DNA from: a virus
Lineage: Duplodnaviria; Caudoviricetes
IMG/VR virus record: IMGVR_UViG_3300046167_000553
Coordinates: 693-64,692 of that record
Strand: one strand, 5' to 3'
Length of the DNA: 64,000 bases
Shown here: positions 57,298 through 64,000 of the stretch, piece by piece
Position numbering within the stretch: the stretch's first letter is position 1
Layout of the letters: each line of letters opens with the position of its first letter
Translations under genes and position numbers: made by a program
The notes under the pieces: model-generated
Databases searched by the model: none
The model's input: only the letters and a program-made list of their open reading frames with translations
What the model was told of the DNA's origin: nothing

Positions 57298-57964
57298 GAG
57301 CAGGAACCAACCTAAAGGTAGCTTTCTCTCTGTCCTGTTCCGCTGCCAATTGAAACTGCTGCTCGTATTCAGACTTAAGCATTTGACCGCGAGCAAACAG
57401 ATCAGGGTCTTTCATACTAATGTAATAGGCTAAACCAGAAACAAGTGCCGGGAGAAATCTAAAGTTTGCGTCGGCAGTCTCAATTCCACTACCTGCGTCT
57501 TCAATTCTACGTAGATACCAGTATGCGAAGGTATAGGAATCATCGTTTGGAACAGGCCATACCACTATTTTAGGGTTATCACGAAGTCTGCGAACCCACA
57601 CTTGAATAGGACGGCCCTCTACGTTCTTATTCGGGATAGAAGCATAGCTGCTAGCACTGATTCTATTGATTGTTACGTCGCTTTGGTTCTGCCCAGAGCC
57701 TCGTCTAACAACATGATCCATTACATCAATAGCATCAGCAGGTAGATCATACTCTTCTACCCCTGATGTTAGCGCTAGCGTTCCAGAATCAATAGTCCAC
57801 ATATTGATTCCACGGTTCTGCCACTCAATTGTCATTAAATTCATAGACCGTCGAGCAGTTTTCAGATCATAACCGCTACGCATAGCGCGACCCGCTCGTT
57901 CCCAAGCTTCCTCAGCTATTTCCGTAAAGTCTAGATTAAAGTTTGAAGTGCCAGAAGTTGCCAT
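57290..57964 (-). CDS. Neck / head-tail connector-like protein
   Basis: MATSGT..FNLD, GYDLKTARRS.N, W.NRGIN.WT, RFLP..V.GLAYY. Confidence 0.8.
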   Translation of the reverse strand: MATSGTSNFNLDFTEIAEEAWERAGRAMRSGYDLKTARRSMNLMTIEWQNRGINMWTIDSGTLALTSGVEEYDLPADAIDVMDHVVRRGSGQNQSDVTINRISASSYASIPNKNVEGRPIQVWVRRLRDNPKIVVWPVPNDDSYTFAYWYLRRIEDAGSGIETADANFRFLPALVSGLAYYISMKDPDLFARGQMLKSEYEQQFQLAAEQDREKATFRLVPARG

Positions 57965-57965
57965 A

Positions 57966-58379
57966 TCAACCTCGCATTAGCTTAGAAAGCAACATACGCT
58001 TCTGAGCAGTGGACATTCCTTTAGGGCCACGCATATTTGCCATACCGCCTCTAGCGTAGCCTCGCTGCTGCGGAGGACGACCTGCGGATTCTTTCATCTG
58101 CTTATCCATCATCTGCTGCTTAAGCATGTTCTTGAGCTTCTGTATGTCTTGAGGGGCCATCTTTGAAGAGTCCCTGCTTTGCTCAGTACGTTGAGTCTTC
58201 TTTAGTTGCTGTGCTGACGGGTTAGGTCGCATCATTTCAGCAGGAGGCATATCGGGTCTAGCGCCTATATCCTTGGGCTGACCGCCCTTGGCATAACGCT
58301 TGACCTTTCCCCCACAGGACATTCTATAGCCCTTGCCTTTAGTTTGAGGCTTTGCACACTTAGACCTAGTTTTCTTCAT
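57966..58379 (-). CDS. Small basic protein
   Basis: K/R/M/Q-rich with YAKGG-type motifs. Confidence 0.7.
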   Translation of the reverse strand: MKKTRSKCAKPQTKGKGYRMSCGGKVKRYAKGGQPKDIGARPDMPPAEMMRPNPSAQQLKKTQRTEQSRDSSKMAPQDIQKLKNMLKQQMMDKQMKESAGRPPQQRGYARGGMANMRGPKGMSTAQKRMLLSKLMRG

Positions 58380-58660
58380 TTTTTCTTCCCTTTACGTTTC
58401 AAAGCCTTAACTCTTTTAGGCTTACCGGCGGGTTGCCCAAGCTTGTTCTTTTGGGCGATTCTACTTTTTTTCTCACTAGAAGTCATCTCAGAAGATGTTT
58501 TAGGGGTCTTTGACGACACTCTTTTGGTGGGCCTACAGTAAGGTGTACTGCGCCCGTCGCCTTTTTTACGACCACATGACTTTCCAGTTTTAACGTCCTT
58601 CCAGTCTTCCTTAAACCAACGCTTCAGGGCTGCGCCCTTTTCGGTCTTTCTGACCGCCAT
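58376..58660 (-). CDS. Small basic protein
   Basis: LKRWFKEDW.DV, CGR, PYCRP motifs. Confidence 0.8.
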   Translation of the reverse strand: MAVRKTEKGAALKRWFKEDWKDVKTGKSCGRKKGDGRSTPYCRPTKRVSSKTPKTSSEMTSSEKKSRIAQKNKLGQPAGKPKRVKALKRKGKKK

Positions 58661-58800
58661 TACTTTTTGCCGCCCTTATTTTTTCGGCATTTTGCAATAG
58701 CACCAGACGCATACGCAGAGGGAAAAACCTTGTAGTTCGCTTTGACCTTCTTATAACAGGCATCTTTTACAGTTCCGCCTTTCTTGTAATAACAACGCAT
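58660..58800 (-). CDS. Small basic protein (46 aa)
   Basis: KDACY.KVK..YKVFPSAYASGAIAKCRK; TAATG coupling on both sides. Confidence 0.75.
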   Translation of the reverse strand: MRCYYKKGGTVKDACYKKVKANYKVFPSAYASGAIAKCRKNKGGKK

Positions 58801-59093
58801 TAGCATTTCCACCTTTTTCTAGCTTGACGTAAACGGGAATTGGGGTCTTTGGCGGCTTTTGGAAACTGCTTCATCTGTCCCGCTGACCTAGCACAGTAAG
58901 ATTTTCGGCGTTTTGCGTCCTTGCTTCCTGCTTTTACCTTACCAGTAACAGCAGTCTTTAGCTTAGAGCCGGGATTTGCTTTGCGGTGAGCAGCTACGCC
59001 CTTCTTAGTCATCCCCGCACCTGATTTGGTTTTACGGTAGTTACCGCCCTTACCAGTGGTTTTAGCTATAGGTTTGTCTTTCTTACTAGCCAT
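58800..59093 (-). CDS. Small basic protein
   Basis: NPGSKLKTAVT, RRKSYCARS.GQ, NSRLRQARKRWKC. Confidence 0.8.
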   Translation of the reverse strand: MASKKDKPIAKTTGKGGNYRKTKSGAGMTKKGVAAHRKANPGSKLKTAVTGKVKAGSKDAKRRKSYCARSAGQMKQFPKAAKDPNSRLRQARKRWKC

Positions 59094-59095
59094 GA

Positions 59096-59584
59096 TTAAT
59101 CCTTAAGAGCGATAAACTGTTCAAGAGTTAACGCATTTATAGCCGCTGCTATTGTTTCAGGAGAACCACTTACCACGTTTTCTGTGTTAGTGACTGTACT
59201 TACCAGAGACGATATTTGCGCGGGGAACACCGCTGACCCGTCTTCCACAAAGTAGTAAGGAGTAGGGTAGTCGTCTGAGAATAAAACTCCTGTTACGGCG
59301 ACAACTCTAGGGTCATATAGTAACTTCCAGTTGTTAATTAAAAAGTAACTGTCCCCTGTAAAACCACCGGGAATTGGATCAAGTCCAGTAAACCGTAGAG
59401 CGAAGTAATATCGCTCGTTGTCGGCCCGCTCAACCCATCTAACCCAAGCCGAGTAAACCTCACTACGTATATCTAGGTTAGTAACACCCTCGTTAACTCG
59501 GATTATGCGCGTTTCGCCGTTGAAGCTGACTTTATCAGCATCCAGCCATTCTTCGCCATGCGCCGCCCAGAGTGGTACTGACAT
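59096..59584 (-). CDS. Putative structural protein
   Basis: V.F.G..R.I, YSAW..W, G.DP, YFL.N.W motifs. Confidence 0.75.
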   Translation of the reverse strand: MSVPLWAAHGEEWLDADKVSFNGETRIIRVNEGVTNLDIRSEVYSAWVRWVERADNERYYFALRFTGLDPIPGGFTGDSYFLINNWKLLYDPRVVAVTGVLFSDDYPTPYYFVEDGSAVFPAQISSLVSTVTNTENVVSGSPETIAAAINALTLEQFIALKD

Positions 59585-61570
59585 TTACTGAATTATCTCT
59601 TTCCAGTTGACGGTTACCATTATCTTGGCGTTAGGGTAGTAAGCCGTTCGTGTCTTAGCAAAGAAGCTCCATACAACCCTAGAACCTTGAAAGCCTTTGA
59701 TATTGCCGCCAGTTGCCGCGCCCAAGGATATGGGTGTCGTTAATCCAGCGTCCGAGTAAAGCTCCGCGCTATTGACGCTGACAGGTTTAACATAGACAGT
59801 TAGATCATCGTAGCTAGCGTTGTCAGTACCCGTAATTGTGTACCCGCCAGCGTTGAATGGGAAAGTAACCGTCATAGGCTCTCTGACGTTAATCCGTCCT
59901 GTTGTCGTCATAACAGCGGGTGATCCCGCAGAGATTGCCGCTATCGTGTTCTCAACCGTACCGCCATCATCGGGGAAGTTCTTAACCGCGCCATACTGCA
60001 AGTTGTTAAACGTGTCAGTAAGAATGCTGTCGTACCGACCTTTAAACATATCCTGAAGAATTATCTTGCCGCCTTCAAAGCTGGCTCCAGCCGTTGATAT
60101 TTCGACATTAGTGCCAGTAACGGTAGAAAAAACATTGTCGTTATCGACGCTGTTAATTTCCATCTTCAGATCAATGATTGCATCGGCACCGTCGAATTGA
60201 CCTACAGCAGCGCCCGTGTCGTTAAACGCATACGCGTTAATGGATGTAGGCACATACAGACTATGGTTGACCTCTCCATTTGCATGAAGCTCTCTTGGAC
60301 TCAGTGCGAACAAGCGCTGCCAGTTATCACTGATGTTTGCTGTGACCGTCGTGTGGGGCGAAGCGTAAGTCGCGGGTGAGCCGTAGGCCCGAAGATCAAT
60401 GTCACTCTCAGTCCATACTGCCGCAGACCATGATTCAACATACAAGTTAGTAGACGAGCCACCCGTAGATTTACAAGAGTAACAAGCTGGCAGAGAAGCT
60501 GTTTGGCTCATCGCCTGAGCATATTCATTACCCTGATAATAGCTATGACATACAACTCTCTGTCCTTCCTCGTACACACCGAAGCGTACACGACCAGCGC
60601 CGTGCCACTGTACGTCGATCCACCACAAGTTTACCTTTGCCAGATCAAGAACAACCTGACTGTCGCCGGTTCCATCCAGCTTATCACCGTTCCACGACGA
60701 CCTTGGGATAATTGTGTCTTTCTGTGCTGCCTCGGGAATGCTTGACCTGATTACAACAGAAAGTCCGGTAGCGTCAGTGGCGTCAACACCGCCAGTGCCA
60801 ACGCGGAACAGGAACCCGTTGTTAGCGTCGAACAATCCCCATTGACGAATGTTACCTGTCGTAGCAGGGGCGTTTAAAAGCGCAGTACCCGCCCAGAGAT
60901 GGCTAGAGCCAGCTACATAATGGTGGTACTGGTTGGATGACGAAGACGCAAACCCATTGGCAGCGTCAACGGTGTTGTCCACACCTATCTTTATAGAGTG
61001 CCGTGTGTTGCTGTAATCGGCATAGCCTCCAGATAACTCGACAGGCGAGAAGTTGGCCGTAAATACTTCTTCCTGACCAAATACATAGTCGCCTAACTGA
61101 GTGCCGCCACTGACACGTAACTTACCCCAAGCATCTAGCTGAGGCAGTCCCTCGGCAAATCGAATGTTTGCAGAGCCAGTAATGTCTACGTCCAAGCCAT
61201 ATTCAGGGTTATCGAAACCCATAATGTTTGCGCTGGGAATATAAACATCGTAAGCAGCTACGACTGTACCAACAACGGCAGAAGTATCGGGGTCAAGAAT
61301 ATCTTGACCCGCTATAGGTTGCCTGTCCTCAGTGTACCTATCCACGTTACTGTAGTGCACGGATAAATGCCCTGCGGAGTCAGTACCTTGGCGACCATGC
61401 AGATGCACCATCATAGTGGGGCCACCGGCCCCGCTTATCGTGTACATACGCCCAATCTTCCAAGGCCCAACACCACCAGCGAACTCTACTTCGGCGGTAT
61501 GGACATGATAAATCCTATCGCCCTGTCCTCTCGGTGGTAGTTGAGTATTCCTTCTTTCGTTGTTAGGCAT
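59585..61570 (-). CDS. Large beta-rich virion protein
   Basis: 661 aa; DAWGKLRVS, WNGDKLDGTG.S, WHGAGRVRFG. Confidence 0.8.
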   Translation of the reverse strand: MPNNERRNTQLPPRGQGDRIYHVHTAEVEFAGGVGPWKIGRMYTISGAGGPTMMVHLHGRQGTDSAGHLSVHYSNVDRYTEDRQPIAGQDILDPDTSAVVGTVVAAYDVYIPSANIMGFDNPEYGLDVDITGSANIRFAEGLPQLDAWGKLRVSGGTQLGDYVFGQEEVFTANFSPVELSGGYADYSNTRHSIKIGVDNTVDAANGFASSSSNQYHHYVAGSSHLWAGTALLNAPATTGNIRQWGLFDANNGFLFRVGTGGVDATDATGLSVVIRSSIPEAAQKDTIIPRSSWNGDKLDGTGDSQVVLDLAKVNLWWIDVQWHGAGRVRFGVYEEGQRVVCHSYYQGNEYAQAMSQTASLPACYSCKSTGGSSTNLYVESWSAAVWTESDIDLRAYGSPATYASPHTTVTANISDNWQRLFALSPRELHANGEVNHSLYVPTSINAYAFNDTGAAVGQFDGADAIIDLKMEINSVDNDNVFSTVTGTNVEISTAGASFEGGKIILQDMFKGRYDSILTDTFNNLQYGAVKNFPDDGGTVENTIAAISAGSPAVMTTTGRINVREPMTVTFPFNAGGYTITGTDNASYDDLTVYVKPVSVNSAELYSDAGLTTPISLGAATGGNIKGFQGSRVVWSFFAKTRTAYYPNAKIMVTVNWKEIIQ

Positions 61571-61582
61571 TACTAACTCCTA

Positions 61583-63001
61583 TCAGTCCGTATATGCTCT
61601 ATCTTGCTCAGCAGTTAGTGTAACAACGTTGGACTTACTTCGCTCAACTGTAGCCGTAGCTACCACTGGCTTAGCTACGCCCTTGTTACCCGCGATAACT
61701 GTGATCGGTATGGTTGCGGAGTTTTCGTCTGCATCCACTCGACCGCCTTGCGTATTGTTATCGAAGTCGATAGAGAACGTCAACGACGCAGCGTTGATCG
61801 TGCCTGATATATCTGTATCAGTATTATCGTCTAGGACAATCGCGGTAGCTGTTCCGTAGTCATCTGTTCCACTAACCGAGTCTGTGATGTAAGCAACGAA
61901 GTAGCCTGTGCTGCCTGTTTGTAGGAAGCTGTTAAAGTTAAGCTGCAACGTAGCGGCGAAGTCAAAGATTCGCTTGGTGCCAGCGTTATCGAAGAAGTCT
62001 ACGTTGTTCTTGTCTTGAGGACGTAGGTTCTCAATAAACACACTGTTTGAGCAGATTAGCTGGTTACCCTCAAACCGCATAAGCAGGTCTTGAATATCAC
62101 CGCGCTTTGTGCCGTCGTCACCAGCAGTGTTTATGTCAGTCGTCTGCCGTAGCAGATATTGGACTTTGGTGTAAATCTGCTGGAGCGTTTTATTGTCCCC
62201 ATCAATAATGATTCGGAAATCAAAATCGTCGGCAGCGTCGTTAATGTCGATTGACTGAGAAGAAGTGTAGTAGCTTACGTCAATGTTGGCGTAGGTGGCT
62301 GATTGTGACCCAGTAATCTCTGCGTCAGTGTTGACAACGTTGGAGTCAACAGCGTTAGACAGCAGTGCGTTAACGATAAACGCGCCTGTACTTGTCTGAC
62401 CTGTATCAGAAAGAATAGAGTCGTCGTACGTAAAACCTTCCTCTCGGATATAGCCTTTAAAGAACGTCTGAGAGTCAAAGTTTCCGTTTGTCGCATCCCC
62501 GAAAATCTGGATAGCTTGGTTAGGCTCGTCGTCAAAAACAAAGTCAGCAGGAGTCGCGCCTGAGACAAGCTGATAATACGCTTGACCGCCGGTATTGAAC
62601 TCTCCCAAGCTCACCAAGCCTACATAACGACGCTTTAGGTTTCCTGTATCGGAAGTCCCTGCAATGTCGGGAGTACCTGCGGCTTCGTATTCGTTAAAAC
62701 CACCGTCACGAATCGCGTTTCGCGTTGCGTCGTTAGCTGGCCCCCAGTCGTTGAACCTAGAACCGTCAAAACCAAATTCAAACTGACCAGATTTTGCGTC
62801 AATTGCGTACATAGGGAACGGGAAGCTGTTATAAGCAGAGGTTTCCCAAAGCTTAATAAACTTAGAATACAGCGCTTGGGCTGTAACACCGTCTTTAAAG
62901 ACAAGGTTACCCGCCTCTAAAAGTGTGAAAGTACGGGCGGTGGTGTCAATCGTAATCTCGGTGCCAACAACAAGATCATCACCATCAATAATTTTAGCCA
63001 T
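61583..63001 (-). CDS. Putative virion structural protein
   Basis: 472 aa, acidic/T-rich; DGVT.QALYS.....W and FPFPM motifs. Confidence 0.8.
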   Translation of the reverse strand: MAKIIDGDDLVVGTEITIDTTARTFTLLEAGNLVFKDGVTAQALYSKFIKLWETSAYNSFPFPMYAIDAKSGQFEFGFDGSRFNDWGPANDATRNAIRDGGFNEYEAAGTPDIAGTSDTGNLKRRYVGLVSLGEFNTGGQAYYQLVSGATPADFVFDDEPNQAIQIFGDATNGNFDSQTFFKGYIREEGFTYDDSILSDTGQTSTGAFIVNALLSNAVDSNVVNTDAEITGSQSATYANIDVSYYTSSQSIDINDAADDFDFRIIIDGDNKTLQQIYTKVQYLLRQTTDINTAGDDGTKRGDIQDLLMRFEGNQLICSNSVFIENLRPQDKNNVDFFDNAGTKRIFDFAATLQLNFNSFLQTGSTGYFVAYITDSVSGTDDYGTATAIVLDDNTDTDISGTINAASLTFSIDFDNNTQGGRVDADENSATIPITVIAGNKGVAKPVVATATVERSKSNVVTLTAEQDRAYTD

Positions 63002-63015
63002 TTGTTAATCCCCCT

Positions 63016-64000
63016 TTAAGGAACGTAGTTTCTATCAAGTTGTTGCGCTACGGGCAGCGTAGCACTGGCCGATCCAAGCTCAAATCCGTATATGAAGAAC
63101 GGTGTGTACCCTTCCGCGTATACTTTTATGTCTACGAATGTTCCCGCAGAGAAAGTGTACGTGTAGGTAGACGTAGTTCCAGATATATCCTGATCGTCTT
63201 GCAGTTTTGTAATAGAACCGGCGGTATATATTACCACATCAGAGCCAGCTATTACCCCACTAATTGTCAGGGTAGCTAGTCCTGATTGAACAGTTACCGT
63301 GCCTGTGTACGCCGCATCCAGCTTCACTGACGGAATAGTTGCGCCAGCCGACACACTAATTGTCAAATCATTCGATGTGCTTGCGGTAACTAGAATATGG
63401 GCATCGTTGTTTGTAGTCGTTACCGTAGCAGGGGAGCCAGATGTATACCCAGTAGCACTACAATTCCACGTTTGCGTTTCTCCGTTAGTTGCAACTGTAG
63501 TTAGCTCTACAGCGTGACTTGTGTTGTCACCGGTAAAAACACACGCATCAACTTGGGAAAGATTAGAAACAACAACGGCAGACGTACTGGCCGTATCGTT
63601 AATGGTGCACTCCGACAGCGTTGCCCCGTTTGTCGTAATTGCAAAGCAGTCTGTAAACGTCCAACTGTTTATAGTCTGACTTGACCCAAAACTAATTGCT
63701 GCTGCTCGTTGCAAAACGCAACCCACATTAGTCAAAGTAAAATTGTCTGCACTCAAATCAAAGATAAAGCGGGTATCGTCTGTAGTTCCGGTTGATTGAA
63801 AAAGTGAATTTCGCAACTCGGCATTGACCCCAGTACCGTCAATTACAAATCTATACAGGCCAGCGTTTACTTCTTGGTCTGTGTATATAAGAACGTTACC
63901 GTCCATATCAAAATCGGTCGCAGCAGCACCATTCCCTATTTGCAATTCGCCCGTACAGAAAAACGCACCATCTATATCTGTAACTACGCCCAAAGAGCTA
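63016..64000 (-). CDS. Partial beta-rich structural protein (starts beyond the window)
   Basis: Open frame to the window end; C-terminus Q..DRNY. Confidence 0.75.
   Translation of the reverse strand, partial: SSLGVVTDIDGAFFCTGELQIGNGAAATDFDMDGNVLIYTDQEVNAGLYRFVIDGTGVNAELRNSLFQSTGTTDDTRFIFDLSADNFTLTNVGCVLQRAAAISFGSSQTINSWTFTDCFAITTNGATLSECTINDTASTSAVVVSNLSQVDACVFTGDNTSHAVELTTVATNGETQTWNCSATGYTSGSPATVTTTNNDAHILVTASTSNDLTISVSAGATIPSVKLDAAYTGTVTVQSGLATLTISGVIAGSDVVIYTAGSITKLQDDQDISGTTSTYTYTFSAGTFVDIKVYAEGYTPFFIYGFELGSASATLPVAQQLDRNYVP

Noticed and set aside
1-64000. tRNA genes or stop-codon reassignment
   Set aside because: No cloverleaf noticed in the intergenic gaps; genes read through with the standard code, and the breaks are frameshifts rather than in-frame stops

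Overview
The window is most of one tailed dsDNA phage genome, apparently circularly permuted because both window ends fall inside minus-strand structural genes. It is podovirus-like and probably aquatic; the capsid N-terminus MAISRAQLLKELLPGLNALFG is Mu-gpT-like, as in HTVC010P-type pelagiphages. No integrase, tRNA or CRISPR array is visible. Layout: minus-strand head and packaging module at 1-9465; a divergent non-coding control region at about 9470-11850; plus-strand early and replication genes at 9948-28791 (DUF3150-like protein, AAA+ ATPase, vWA/metallopeptidase, VRR-NUC, family-B DNA polymerase, PD-(D/E)XK nuclease, SNF2 helicase, primase/DUF927); minus-strand internal-virion, tail, lysis, fibre and neck genes at 28874-64000. 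The most interesting signals are non-coding: (1) a 21-bp palindrome AGTTATAC-N5-GTATAACT in 9 copies, only in the early arm and mostly at gene junctions; (2) a promoter-driven ~460-nt structured leader ending in a candidate type III hammerhead ribozyme with a U3-A8 covariant core that overlaps an RBS; (3) a promoter/terminator-bounded ~70-nt RNA complementary to the RBS and start codon of the primase and several early genes; (4) a bipolar iteron-like array; (5) a pseudoknotted RNA downstream of the capsid gene. There is also a ~1180-aa Cys-rich repeat protein among the virion genes. Four single-base indels at 39.4-49.3 kb are probably sequencing errors. All family calls come from motif recognition and synteny, not database searches.
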